Part shown: one piece after another, positions 39,290 through 53,021 of the stretch
Position numbering within the stretch: position 1 is the stretch's first letter
Layout of the letters: every line of letters begins with the position of its first letter
Assembly (NCBI GenBank): GCA_035084275.1
Contig: CM068742.1
Location: 142,042,001 to 142,106,000 of the forward strand
DNA length: 64,000 bases
Reading direction: 5' to 3'
DNA from: Hydrolagus colliei
Taxonomy: Eukaryota
Position numbers and translations under genes: made by a program
The notes under the pieces: model-generated
Told to the model about the DNA's origin: nothing
Database searches by the model: none
What the model saw: only the letters and a program-made list of their open reading frames with translations

Positions 39290-39917
39290 ATAAGAATATA
39301 AGGATTAGGAGCAGGATTAGGCCATTCAGCCCCTCAAACCTGCCCCACCATTCAATAAGATCATGGCTGATCTTCTAATCTAACTTCACCTACCCACTTT
39401 ATCCCCATATAAATAAATAATAATCCTTGCATTTGATATAGTGCTTTCCACAGTTTATCACCGTCCCAAAGCGCTTCACAGAATATACTGTTAAGTGAAC
39501 TGACTGTATATATTTGTGGGGGAATCGCGGCAGCCAATTGTGCACAACAGTGTCCCACACACAGTCGTGGATTGAAATGACCAATTTTATTGTTGTGTTT
39601 TTTTTTGGAGGGATTATTATTAGGCATGTGGAGTAAGGAAACTTGCCCAAGATTTCGCCCTGACCTGCCTGGATTTGAACACAGGCCTCCTCAGCTTGGT
39701 CTCCCCAGCTTGGTCTCCCCAGCTTGCAAGACAAGTGCTCTAACCACTGAGCCTTAATCGCTTTATCCACAAGAAACCTATCAATCTCAGTCTTGAATAA
39801 GTTCAAGGCCTGAGCATCTTTGCCCTTTGGGGTAGAGAATTCCATAAATTCACTACCCTCGGAGTGAAGAAGTCTTTCCTCAACTCAGTGCGAAAGGGCT
39901 GACCCCTAATTTTAAGG
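39290..39917 (-). mobile_element. CR1 3' fragment interrupted by a SINE
   Basis: Reverse complement matches CR1 3'UTR/ORF2 end at 43720-44003 (ALNLFKTEIDRFL); split by the SINE at 39411-39752. Confidence 0.85.
39411..39752 (-). mobile_element. SINE family A nested in CR1, with internal 14 bp tandem duplication
   Basis: Full body on the minus strand; cagcttggtctccc duplicated at ~39692-39719. Confidence 0.9.
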
Positions 39918-41424
39918 GCTGACATGAGTGATTCCATAAAGTTCTGGCTACTGCATATTGTTGGTCAAAGTTATTTTCTGCATCTGTTCTGCCTGTTCTG
40001 GCAGTGCTTGTTATTTACATTAGAACCATTGAAATTTACATCCTAAAGAGAAGGTTGGCATTCGGCCCATGGTATTTGTGCTGGCCTTTTTAGGAGCTGC
40101 TCTTTCAGCCCCATTTACCTGCCTTTTCCACATGACAGCTGTAGTTTACTCCTTAGATTTACTATTATATTGGATGCAGAAAACAGAAGTGTTCCTTTGC
40201 CCGAAAACAGTCAAAACCCAGTCTCTTTCATGACCACAAATATATATACAGTCAGTTCACTTTACAGTATATTCTGTGAAGCACTTTGGGACGTCGATAA
40301 GATATGGAAAGTGCTATATCAAATACAAGGATTATTATTATTTATACTTAAATTTTATCCAGTCCACATTCAAGCTACAGAGGCTTGACTTGATTTAGTT
40401 CAATGTTAACTCCTAAAATTTGGATGAGCTCAGATTTCTTGTTCAAATTAATGTATACCCAAGTGGCAAACTAACTGAATTTAAATTGATTCTTTGCTGG
40501 TAAGAGGGGCTGTGATTTTTCATAGCAACATTTATTGTTTGATCTTCTGCACTGAGAACACTTGACCCAGGTCTCCTTTGGGAATTACCAATATTACCCT
40601 GAAGGATATTACCACAACCAACCAAGAACTGGAGGCCATTTTGAGTTGTTCAAGAGAGTTTATTAAATCATTAAAAGTTACAGCTGACAAGCATAAAAAG
40701 GAATGGTCTAAATATGTTTTGTGCTAGGCATCATTACTTGCTACTGACATCTACTTGATATCTCAATTAATACCATTAACTACAGTGATACTTAAATGAT
40801 TAATGGCATGAGACTGATACTGCTTCTATTGTGATCAGACATACTGATATTTCAACTGTTACTGATATAAATTTAATACCTCAGTTAATGTTGAAACTTG
40901 CTACGTTTTTTCAAACAAACCATTGCACATGTTCTACTATCAAAACAAAACAGAAGTTGATCGATAAAAATAGATTTTCTTAAAATGCCAGAAGGTGAAG
41001 AGTTGAGAAACAAAAAGAATTAATGGGAGCTTTTGAAATCACTTGTAGTGATTTAAGTGCTTAATTATTTTAAGTGGTCTGAGAGGCCGACTGGCGTGGA
41101 AGGCACAATGTAAAGGCAAGTTGTTGTTGTTGTTATTGTGGATCAAAGGTGAGAAAGGGGGAAGGAGGAAGCTAAAAACACATACTTGTAGTGAGAGTCA
41201 CTCACTGAAGGGTGTCTGATGTGGGGTTTAAACCCCAAACCTCCTGATTCAGAGGCAGGAGAACTACCAACTGAACCAGACTGACACCTGATTAAAAATA
41301 CGCATCACTGTTATCTGGAGATTGGGGAAAAAATGTGATTCCCACCGACTCAGTACCACAGTCAGAGCAAAACCAATGACAGATATCAAGTGCAGGTATA
41401 CCACTGATTTTAATAATCATGTTA

Positions 41425-41808
41425 ATCCTTGTATTCACCTCAAGGCCCTCCATGACTTTGCGCCCTCCTACCTCTCTGACCTTTCTATGCAATCCCTCCA
41501 CTCAGCAGGCTCCAGCCTGCTCCGTGTCCGTGCCTGGCCCACTTCACCATCAATGGTTGGGCCTTCAGTCTCCCCTCCCCATGCCTCTGCAACTCCATCC
41601 CACAGTTCCTACGCCTCACTCCCTCCCTTGCCTCCTTCAAGGCACACCTTAAGACCCTCCTCTTTGATGACCCTTTTGGCTACCCTCCTACTCTCTCCTC
41701 CCTCCATAATCCCCAACCCTCCACATTCCCCCCTTCTCTTCCCGCTCAAGTCCAAATCCTTGACTGTTCAGCGTCTTGGGACGCTTCACAAATGTAATTT
41801 TGTATTGT
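41425..41808 (+). mobile_element. L2 3' fragment
   Basis: KALHDFAPSYLSDL motif and L2 3'UTR. Confidence 0.8.
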
Positions 41809-41856
41809 ATTTAATACAGCACCTTATCACATTGACACATTGTCTAGATTCTTAAA

Positions 41857-44003
41857 GTGGATTTGACAGTAGACCTACAATGGCAGACATTCAAGGAGAT
41901 AGTGCAAAATTCCCAGCGAGCACGTATTCCTTTGAGGAATAAGAATGCCATGGGAAAGGTGGTCCAGCCGTGGCTAACTAGAGCAGTTAGGGAAACTATA
42001 AAGTCAAAAGAAGAAGCCTATAAAACAGCTAAGATGAGTAGTAAACCCGAGGATTGGGAGAACTTTAGGGAACAGCAAAGGAGAACCAAAAAATTGATCA
42101 AAAGGGAGAAAGTAAAATATGAGGGCAAACTAGCGAGGAACATAAAAACAGACTGCAAGCGTTTTTATAAGTATATAAAAAGAAAAAAGCTATCAAGGGT
42201 GAATGTGGGTCCATTACAGGTAGAATTATACCTGTATAGAATTATAATAGGGGACAACTCTCACCTTAATGGCAGAGTTATTAAACAAGTATTTTTCTAC
42301 TTTCTTCACCGTAGAAGACACTGGAAACATACCAAAAATAGAGGGGAACCAAGAAGACAATGTTAGCGAGCAATTTACGAAGATTAATATTAGTAAAGCA
42401 ATGGCTTTAGGTAAATTGTCGGGTCTTAAAATCGATAAATGGCCTGCATCCTAGAGTTTTAAAGGAGGTGGCTACTGAGATAGTGGATAGAGAAGTCTAT
42501 GATCTTCCAAAATTCTCTGGATACTGGAAAAGTCCCCATTGATTGGAAGATTGCAAACATGACTCCACTATTTAAGAAGGGTAGGAGAGAAAATATAGGA
42601 AACTATAGACCAGTTAGTCTGACATCAGTGGTAGGGAAAATTATTGAGTCCTTAATTAAAGACATCATTATGGGATACCTGGAAAACCACAAAAAAATTA
42701 GGCAGAGCCAACATGGCTTTACAAAAGGGAAACCATGCTTGACTAATCTTTTAGAGATTTTTGAAGATGTATCCAGCAGTTTGGATAGAGGGGAACCAGT
42801 AGATGTGGTATATTTAGATTTTAAGAAGGCGTTTGATAAAGTGCCACACAAAAGGCTGTTGCACAAGATCAAAGCCCACGGGATTAATGGGAACATATTA
42901 ACATGGATAGATGAGTGGCTAACTGGTAGAAAACAGAGAGTAGGGATAAACGGGTCATTCTCAGATTGGCAGGATGTAACTAGTGGAGTGCCACAAGGAT
43001 CAGTGTTTGGGCCTCAGCTATTTACAATTTACATCAATGATCTAGACGAGGACGTTGAATGTAACGTGTCTAAATTTGAGGATTCTCCTACCTAAACTAG
43101 GTAGGAGAGTGAGCTCTGAGGATGATGCAGAAAGATTACAACAAGATATAGATAGGCTAGGGGAGTGGGCAGGTAGGTGGCAGATGGAATTTAATCTGGG
43201 GAAGTGTGAAATTATTCACCTAGGTAACAAATTTAAAAAAAATGATTAATTTCTAGAGGGGAGAGGTTAGATAGTGTTAGTATTCAAAGGGATTTGGGTG
43301 TCCTTGTACACCAGTCTCAAAAAGTTAGTTTGCAGGTGTAGCAAGCAACTAAGAAGGCGAATGTCATGCTAGCGTTCAGTTCAAAAGGTTTAGAGTACAA
43401 GAGTAGGGAAGTCTTGCTGCAACTGTATAGGGCCTTGGTGAGACCACACCTAGAGTATTGTGTGCAGTTTTGGTCTCCTTATTTAAAAAAGGACATACTT
43501 GCCATACTTGCAGTGTAGATTCACTAGGTTAGTTCCTGGGATGAGGGGACTGACCTATGAGGATAGGTTGAATAAACTAGGGCTGTACTCTCTAGAGTAC
43601 AGAAGAATTAGGGGGGATCTTATTGAAACATATAAGATTCTTAAAGGGCTAGATAAAGTAGACACTGAGGGACTGTTTCCCCTGGTAGGAGAATCTATAA
43701 CCAGGGGTCACAGTCTTAAAATGAAGGGTCAGCCTTTTAGAATGGAGTTGAGGAAACATTTCTTCACTCAGAGGGTAGTGAATTTATGGACTTCACTACC
43801 CCAGAAGGCTGTGGATGCTCAGTCCCTGAACATTTTCAAGGCTGAGACTGATAGATTTTTTTTAAATAGAGGGATTAGGGGATATGGGGATGGGGCAGGT
43901 AATTAGAGTAAGGTCAGAAAATCAGCTATGATCTTATTGAATGGCGGGGCAGGCTCGAAGGGCCGACTGGCCTACTCCTGCTCCTAATTCTTATGTTCTT
44001 ATG
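41857..44003 (+). mobile_element. CR1-clade LINE, 5'-truncated (~2.1 kb), frameshifted ORF2 with reverse transcriptase domain
   Basis: Successive ORF pieces contain [60 protein letters not shown] and FFTQRVVNLW. 3'UTR ends in ATTCTTATGTTCTTATG. Confidence 0.95.
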
Positions 44004-46282
44004 CATCAAATGATTTCCAACAACAAAATTACATTTACTGTAAAATATAGTTAGTCACTGTGTGTTTCGTAGATTGATGCAGCTTCCAACTTGCGTTCAG
44101 CAATGTCCCCAAACAGCCATGAAATGAATGACCAAATTTTATCTGAGGGATTGTTGCCCAGGATACTGAGAGAAGCACCCTTCTCTTTTCAAGTGGGATC
44201 GTTTGCATCCACGTGATCAGGCTTTCAACTTCTCAGCACCTAGGGCAATGCATCTTATGTCACAAAGTTAATTTCATATCTATTTAACCTACAAAACTAC
44301 CATTCTGTCACATTACCAAAAGGAGACTGACTCAGATTTATTAAATAAGAAATTCTGTTAGGAAAACACTGCAAAATTGCACCATTTGCAATTCTCTGAA
44401 GGGAGTCTATAATTTAATTTAAATCAAAGTGTAGATAAATTGTGATTTTTGTAGTGTATTTCATGCTTGTGCATCTCCCTCATGAGAAACTGCTACAAAA
44501 AGTCACTGTTCCATCTAGAAATGAAGGTGACAGCTCGCTCCCGGAGCTGTGATAGAATAAAAGCATTCTTCTCATTTTAAAACCAGAATGTATTGTTATT
44601 TCTTTTAGATAGAATTTGCTGAAAAAGGTTTACACTTGAAAACATATTTCAAAGCCATCAGAAACCTGTTTCTGAAATTTAAGCTGGACACCTACACCTG
44701 TTTAATTTTAATTCGAGTTGTTTCAAATATTTTATTTTCCACTGTTGGCTGATCCCTGGTTACACAAGCACAGAAAGCAAACTGCTTTGAAATGAGTGGT
44801 TGCAATGCATCTGTTTTCATACTGTATATTCTCATAAAATCTGTGACATAATTGATTCACCTCACATTCCAAAACTTTATACCTCATTCCTGCCAATCAT
44901 TCTGCAAAATAATCTGGAGAATTGACCGATTTACAGAAAGCCCCAAACATTAATTTTTCTGGGCTCCGCAAATGATTTTACTGATTAAATTAGGTTGCAA
45001 TATTCTTCAGAATATCCTCAACATTCTTAGCGCATGTTGCAAATATCACAAACCTTTTATAAAAGTGGCTAGTCTGAAATGCCTGCTTCTGTTTACCCAA
45101 CTCATTGTTCCTTTCTCTGATTTCTATTCATTGCAAGTGGAGGTTAACGCAGTAAGGTTAATGTGTGAAATCGTAGCCCCTCATACTTTTTGACATCCCA
45201 CATATTGACCTGGGATTTTCTTTTTGAAGAAGGCCCAGTCCTCACAGATCATATGTCACAAGGCACTAAAAGTGCCAGAATCCCACAGCAGGCTTGTAGT
45301 AGCTTGTTACTTTTCCCTGTCCGTAAAGGAAACAGGCTAATCCACTAAAACCTAATGAGGGCCAGACATGGCCAATAACTAGTGTCTCCAGGAGAGAGAA
45401 TTAACCCCCACCCCCTCCTCCTAGGACAACACCATCCCATCTGCTGGTTTATATTCTTCCAAAAATAAATTAAAACACAAAGCCCAATAAATCCGATGTT
45501 TGAACATTGAGTTGCACCAGAAGGTCAGTTGGCCGAGTCCCAGAGAGGCACGTCACTCAAACACATCTGCCTTATTCGGATCAGGTTTGGGTCCATCTCA
45601 TCGATTTGAATGATTCTTCCCTCTGGCTGGTCATGGTGCACCATTCACACCGGTTATTGGAGCTGTTCACTGCTCAACATTCTCCTCTCGGCTGTAGGAG
45701 AATGCTGGATGGTTTGAATGGAAAGAAGAAGAAAACAAGTCAGAAAGATGGAGGTTTTGGTTTTACTTAAACCATAACATTCAATTGAAATCATTACATT
45801 GAACTTTCCATAAAGATCCACACCAGTATTTTTTCTAATGGACTAAAATGCAAACTGCGCTTTCAGTTGGTTGTGTAAAAATATCAATGAAATACAATCA
45901 CAGCCATCAAATCTCTTAACAGTGTCTTTTGTGAGAAGTATGGTGAATGTTCAGTGGAGGTTTTGTAGTTGAAGTTTTTTTTTAGACCTTATTAGTCCAT
46001 CAAAGCAAAACATATGGCGCATTTGGATGACAAACTCATTTATATCTCTGTCTTCAGCTAAATGTGTCTCAGCAAAAACAACAACAACTTTCCCTTTCCC
46101 AACAACAACAAATCCCATTTGTATAGTGTATTACACACCAGGAGGACATCCCAGGTTCTGCATACAATTTACAGTTATAAGCAACATTACAAGTGTAGTG
46201 TGGCAAGCTGCAAGCTGTTTCTTGACGACAGAAGCCATTTGTTACAGGAGTCCTGTCCTAAATGGGTTAAAGAATTATAGTA

Positions 46283-47069
46283 CAGTAGAAGCTCGTTTAT
46301 CCGGCACCCTTGGGACCTGGCCAGTGCGGATTAAAGCGCCTGCCAGATATTTGGCAGAAAACCCAACACAAAAAAAGATTTAAAAATTTTTAATTAAATT
46401 TTTAAAAACATAGCTTATTAATAATAGACTAAATAATAATGTATATGATAATATAATGTATAAATAATAATTATAATAATTTTACACACAGTGACCAGGC
46501 AGTTCAAAGAGATCTTTAAGCTAGTGCAAAAGTTACACATCTGAATGACGCTGTTCTCATTGGGGGCAGAAGCTTGTGTTATTGAGCAAGCAGAGAGTGA
46601 GCGGCGGCCGTTCAGTTAACTTTCTTTCCCAAAAGCCTTGCAATGCCTATGTGTGTGTGTGTGTGTGCACTAACTTGAAACACTGCACTCTGTAAAACGA
46701 GCATTGCAGGGATGAGTCTTTTTTATTAAAATAAAAGCCAATAAATTGATCTGCAAGCTTTGCACAGGGTGGGTGGGTGTTTCGCTGCTTATGGCTAAAT
46801 GAAATCTAAATTAATCAACTCACCCCGCTCTGCCTCTCAAAGAGTGCACTCCAGAGAGTGCATTGCTTTACAGTACCAACAGCATTCTGAGCTAGCGCCA
46901 CCATCAGGCACCTAGTAGCAGCATTCCAAAATACTGATGCAACACAAAACACCAAAAAAATGCATTTTTCTGGATAAATTCCGGTTTATCGAATGCGGAC
47001 CTTTTTTTTGCAGTGCCGGTTATACGGAAGTTACGGTTGATCGGGTCACGGATAAAAGGGCTTCTACTT
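46283..47069. mobile_element. Non-autonomous Tc1/mariner-superfamily (pogo/Tigger-like) DNA transposon, ~790 bp
   Basis: Left TA|CAGTAGAAGCTCGTTTATCCG and right CGGATAAAAGGGCTTCTACTT form an 18/21 inverted match. CpG-rich subterminal repeats; no transposase ORF. Confidence 0.8.
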
Positions 47070-47539
47070 TTATTTTAGTAATATTTAGTAAGCTATCATT
47101 CTTTAACCTTCTCATTTGCCATCCCTTAATGGTGTAGTCAGATGAGATCTCATTCATCTTATCAGCCGAGATATGATTACAGGCTTCAGCAGCTTGGAAA
47201 TACATTGCCCAGTAGTCTCAAATGTTTCAACAAGATATGAAAGAAATGTCAGATACGAATGAAGCATTTGAAACTTGACGCTCAGAGCTGCAACATGAAG
47301 AGAGCCTCCCATATGAGGTCATAGCTTTTGCACTAGATAGATGGAAACTCTTAGCTGATTAATGTTAACAATCTTGCGGCATAAGATAAAAATCACTGCC
47401 ACTACTTCCTAGAGCAATAAAACACATCAATAAAATTTTTTTAAAACTCTCTCCATAACTCAGCACCAAAGTGGTAGCTGTCTACACTGTACAGGCATGT
47501 TGAGGACATTCAACCTGAGTGAACGATGACACCAGAAGT

Positions 47540-47980
47540 AAAGGGAAAAGTTAGGAGAGATTGGAGAAGTTGGGTATATTTTCATTGGAGCAAAGCAGGT
47601 TGAGAGGGGACAAAATTATGAGGGATTTTGACAGGGTAAATAGAGAGAAAGTACTTCCATTGGTAAGGAAATAATTGACTAGGGGTATAGATTTAACTCA
47701 GCCAAAATGAGCGAAAGGATCTTTGGAGAATTTGTTTTCATTCAGAGCATTTTGGGCTAATGAAATGCCCAGCCAAGCAAGATCAGGGAGACAAAGTCCA
47801 AATGCGATTCAAGAGAGAACATAGGTACAGTATATGAAAGTTAGAGGCTTGAAGGGGTACGGAGATTGGACATGGCTGTGAGATTCAGGGTGAAGATTGA
47901 TTGCTCTGGCAGTGATGCAGATTTGATGGGCCAATTGCCTCCTTCTATGCTGTAAATTTTTATGATTCTGTAATTCTGTG
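47540..47980 (+). mobile_element. Old degraded CR1 3' fragment
   Basis: Similar to the 3' part of the CR1 at 48192 (ttggagcaaagcaggttgagaggg... gatgggccaattgcctccttctatgctgta...attctgt). Confidence 0.7.
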
Positions 47981-48191
47981 ATCTTCACCCAGCCGTGTGT
48001 CTCCTCAGTTCCTCGTAAAGTTTAGACGCAGAAATATTTGGCACGAGACATCCGTTGTTACTCTTAGTCAGTGAGATCTGTTAATTCTCCTTCAATTATC
48101 TCTCTGCTGCTTTGGTTGGGTTCTGCCTTTGTGGATTTGGTCATAGATGCTGAAACCAACCCTTCAGTCAGCAGGAAGTTTGAAGGAATTG

Positions 48192-49107
48192 AGAATAGTA
48201 AATAGTGAGGAGGATAGTAGCCATCTGCAATAGGATATAGACAAATTGGTAAAGTGGGCAGACACATGGCAGATGAAGTTTAATGCAGAGAAGTGTGAGG
48301 TGATGCATTTTGGGAGAAGAAATGAAGGGAGGCAATATAGGCTAGATAGTACAATTTTAAATGGTGTGAAGGAACAGAGAGACCTGGGGATTTGTGTTAG
48401 TGACTCGTTGAAGGTGGCAGGACAGGTAGACAAGGCTGTTAAGAAGGCATATGGGATACTAGGCTTTATAAATAGGGGTATAGAGTACAAACGCCAGGAA
48501 GTGCTGACTAACCTCTATAAGACTTTGGTGAGGCCTCAGCTGGAATACTGTGTTCAATTCTGGTCACCACACTACAGAAAGGATGTGAAGACATTGGAAA
48601 GGGTACAAAGAAGATTTACTAGGATGGTGCCAGGATTGAGGGACTTCAGCTATGAGGAGAGGCTAGATAGGCTAGGGTTATTTTCTCTGGAGCAGAGAAG
48701 ATTGAGGGGAGACCTAATAGAGGTTTATAAGATCATGAGGGGTTTCGACAGGGCAAATAGAGAAAAACTATTTCCACTCATGGGCGAATCTGTGACTCGT
48801 GGTCACAGATTTAAAATAGTTTCAAGGCGAAGTAGAGGGGAGCTGAGGAGAAATGTTTTCACTCAGCAAGTTGTTCGAATCTGGAATGCATTGCCTGAAA
48901 AGGTGGTGGAGGCTGATTCGATAACAACTTTTAAAAGGGAATTAGATCTTTATTTAGGGAGAACAGGGCTATTAGGCTATGGGGAGCGGGCAGGGCAGTG
49001 GGATTGAATCGCTCTTTTTAAAGAGCCGGCACAGACTAGATGGGCCGAATGGCCTCCTTTTGTGCCGTAAAATTCTATGAATCTCTATGAATCTATGAAT
49101 CTATGAA
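48192..49107 (+). mobile_element. CR1-clade LINE 3' portion, young copy (uninterrupted 253 aa ORF2 C-terminus)
   Basis: ORF 48246-49007 KWADTWQMKFNAEKC...LYKTLVRPQLEYCVQFWSP...RLRGDLIEVYKI; tail of ATCTATGA octamer repeats. Confidence 0.95.
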
Positions 49108-49234
49108 TTGTGTGATTTTTAAATCAAGAAATATTCAATCAAGAAAAGCCTAGAAAAAGATTACCAAATAAACAGGGAATTATCTAGACTAGTGCTCGAA
49201 GAGAGGGGGAGCTTCTTGACACAGTTTGTAGCAT

Positions 49235-49495
49235 ATCAGGCCTTCATCCTCTCTGCTCCCACCCTCTGGAATTCTATCCCACAGTCCCTATGCCTTGCTC
49301 CCTCCCTTGTCTCATTCAAGACATGTCTCAAGAGCCTCCTCTGCAACTGTGCCTTCCGTCACTCTCCTATCCCTACTCTCCCTGTACGCCACCATTCCCA
49401 ATCCCAACCCCTTCATTAGGTCCGAATCACTGACTGTCCAGCGTTTTGGTACATCCTCCCAAAATGAAAGACACAAAATGTAATTTGTTGTTGTA
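49235..49495 (+). mobile_element. L2 3' fragment
   Basis: APTLWNSIPQSL...FKTCLKSLL plus tail. Confidence 0.8.
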
Positions 49496-51532
49496 GTAGC
49501 CAGTTCACTGCACAGTTACACACAGAAGTGTGTCATGCTTGCCCTTCCTCAAGTTAGTCTTGTGATACTCTATATCTCTACTAAGTATGGCTAAATATTA
49601 GGCAATCTGGTACAGTGTGAGAGTGTGGAATACTGTACAAATAACAACTTTCTGCAATGATCACTGACAAAATACACATCTATCATGTGAAGCACTTTGA
49701 GAAGTCCTCTGAATGTGAAAGGCGCTGTATCAAATGTAAGGATTATTAAGGATTATTATTATAAGAACAAATGACCCATTCCAAAGAATTCTGTCACACA
49801 ATCTCACCTTTTGATTAATGCGTTCAGCACATGGTGCATTACCAGCTGAACTCCTGAATGTTAGGTCATCCTGACACCTTACAAAACACAGATGAAGTTT
49901 CAGCAAGATTCTGACAATCATACCCTGTGAAACATTAAGCGCTAAAGCAAGAAATAAAACAAAAGTATGCAAGGTGAAATAGATTCTAAATCCGACCCTT
50001 AGGTTAATAATGGGGTGGAGGGTAACACTCTGCAGTGAGCACTGTAAATAACCAATAACAAATCAAAGCATTTAAATGAACTCAAAATAGGTAGGTATTA
50101 GAGTTGGATCATTGTGAATCGCAATATCTTTTACCGTTGAGAAGTGAAGTGTTCTGCTCAGTTGACCAGGCAACAAAATTCTACATGTTTGATCCCAAGT
50201 TTGGTTAATTGTCCCTGAAATGACGTATAATCCAAGAGGGGAAAAGCACCAATTGGTGACCTTTGCTTTTCCAGATAACACTCTATTTCATCTGTTTTTC
50301 ATCAGCGGCTGCTTAATTAAACGTTTCAATCTTGTTTTTTTGACTGGCCTAGAATTGGGCCTCTTATGTTGTGTGGAAAATATGGCTTGATGACAAAATC
50401 ACACTAACAGGACCTCAATTTTAATTGCATTTGAATGGTACCAATTTTATGTGACTAAAATGAAATTCATAAGGTATAATTTTAGATGTCTGGTGGGGGG
50501 GAATACTCAAACGTTTCAACTGCTGCAAAATGTTTGCATTTGCAAGCAATTTTCTGTGTTTAGTATCAAAGGCAAGCAATCAGGTTTAGCTTTCTGCTAT
50601 TGTCTGAAAGAGTTATGATAAAATGTGTGCTGGTCCAAACACACAGAGGTAGGGCTGCCTTGTGGCTGAGAGCAAATGGATATGATCTCTTCGCATCACC
50701 AAGCTAGTCTCACCTGTTTTAGTGTAAGGAGGTGCTGAGCAAAGGTCACAGGGGCCCCTCCAAAGGTGGGATGGGAATATCAGAGGGGGAGCGAATGCTC
50801 AGAATGCCCTATGTCCCATTCTATGTAATCCCACCCCCACCGCAAACCACCCTCTCGCACGCACCCTTCCTGAAAGAGCAGCCTCAGAACTACTCCAAAC
50901 ACACCCTCCAGGGGTGCTGCAGAGGCCTCTGGAGAAAGTTTCACAGCCTCATAAAATTTGCCATTCTTCCATGAATTCATGTTCAGAGAATCATATATAA
51001 AACGTGCAGCATAAAGACTAGTAAAAATGGGAAGTCAAATGGTTCCATGTGCACTCAATGGCCATTGCATGCAAAGCAGGCCAATCCCCAATAATAAATC
51101 CAGGCTTTTAGACAACGCAAACCCAAAAGGCAGCTATTAGTGCAAACGTATTCAAAATAATTGGATTAAAAGCCCAAGTTCTCAAAGGAAGCTATGGGAA
51201 TTCAGTAGATCTCATGTGGAGCTGTGACCATTAACAACTGACTAGGTGGTTTCCTCTGTTTCCCAATTAAGTGTCAAAGGGTACTAGAATTAGATATGTT
51301 ATTATTCCATAAAGTGATTATTCGTGTGGCTGTCGAACAGAAATATGCTAGCCTTTTTAATGTTTTTTTTTAAACCACCAGTTTAATGTTCACTGTTGAA
51401 CTTGCAGCAAGCTGTAGGATGGGCAATGTCAAAACTAATCCACCACAAATCTTTCCTTTCATAGGTGAACAAAACACCCAAAACACAAAATAAGTTCAGT
51501 TTAAAGTATGTTTTGTGAAGCTCGTTGGGATG

Positions 51533-51731
51533 CCCCTCCCTAGCCTCTTTCAAATTCCACCTCAAGACCCTCCTCTTCGCCAGTGCCATCGGTCACCCAC
51601 CCTTCCCACCGACTTCCCTCCACCTTCCCCAATCACGATCCCAGCTTGGGTCCGAAACACTAACTGTCTAGCCCCTTGAGACATCCTCCCAACGTGAAAG
51701 GCGTTATACAAATGTAATTTTGCTGTTGTTG
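51533..51731 (+). mobile_element. L2 3' tail fragment
   Basis: ctcaagaccctcctcttcg...ccttgagacatcctcccaacgtgaaaggcg...ttgttg. Confidence 0.8.
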
Positions 51732-53021
51732 TCCTCCCAACATGAAGGCGCTGTATCAAATGGAAGGATTATTACTAGTTTAGGTAAATTTGTTGGCTTC
51801 CTTGTTTAAAAAAAAGTGGAGTGCAACGTCTGTGGTTTACAATGCATTCAATCACATTACAAATTACATTGTGAATTACCGCTTATTTTCAGCCATTCCT
51901 AGAGAATGTTTTTTTTGTCAGCCGAGTGTCTGGCATTCGCAGAAACATTGTATACAAGAGTAGCATACCGGACTGAGAGTTTCACCAAAGCATGTCACCT
52001 CCACTGGAATGGGAATATGTACCCTCTGCCCAGATTTATCATGCTTACAAAATTCTGGAGAGTAATTTACATAGGTTGGTAAGAGCCAAGAGTAGGAATC
52101 TACAGAGTGTTTTGGAGAACTCCTGGTGTTTAACAAGCTGGAACCGAATAGCTTGCCATTGAAAGCCTTGTCTGGCAAGCTTCCCGCTGCTTGTTCAGCT
52201 AGGACAACCTTAGGGCTATGAATTACAGAGTTCACAGGAACTTAGTTCGATGAATCCCTGCTCCATTGACCAGTTGGCCCTTCAAGACCTGCTGGTCTGA
52301 ACCAGTTGGATGGGCTGTCATCAGTCAAGAGAATGGTTATGGTACAAAACAGCCCTCTACCCCCGCACATTAGATGTATTCTTCTGACACTCTTGGATTT
52401 TGGTTCAGAAAGCAGTGTTGTATTTGAATGAATTCATGGTTCTGGAAATAGTATTAGAATGTGGCTTTAAAAGATAATGAATGAATTAAACTCTTGCTTT
52501 GTTTATAGATGCATGCAGTCATTAAACTCCATGATGGAGAGCAGCAACAAAGCAGAGAGATCTTCGGGTGCTACCATTGTGTTGGAGGCCCCATAGCCTC
52601 ACTCTAATGGTTACACCTGAGGATTTCTTTGTCCCGCTGTATTTCAGACCAGCTCAACCCACTCCTATTTATGACACTCAGCTCCACATCATCAGTCATC
52701 AGACCAGTGGATGGCAGCAAGAGAAGGGATAAAATGATACAGTTTATATATGTATACAGTAATTATGTAATGGCAAGATGTCTCAAAGATCTTCACATTG
52801 CTGGCTGGGAGCCCAACGCAGTGGAAGGGGAGGGGTGTGTGGAAGCTGAAAAGGATGGGCTGAGGAAAGCTAACTGAAAGCACGGTCAAAGAGGTAAATC
52901 TCCTCACTAATGTGACCAGGCGGGTCAGGTTGGAGGAGGTTGGAGAGGTAAGCTAGCGCTGGAATCATCCAGCCAGCTTCAGCACTAACCATTGTGCCAG
53001 TCAGGGTTGGTACATATACCA

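Noticed and set aside
41857-44003. Functional or domesticated reverse transcriptase gene
   Set aside because: 5'-truncated, multiple frameshifts and stops, catalytic ADD motif altered, and a typical CR1 tail.
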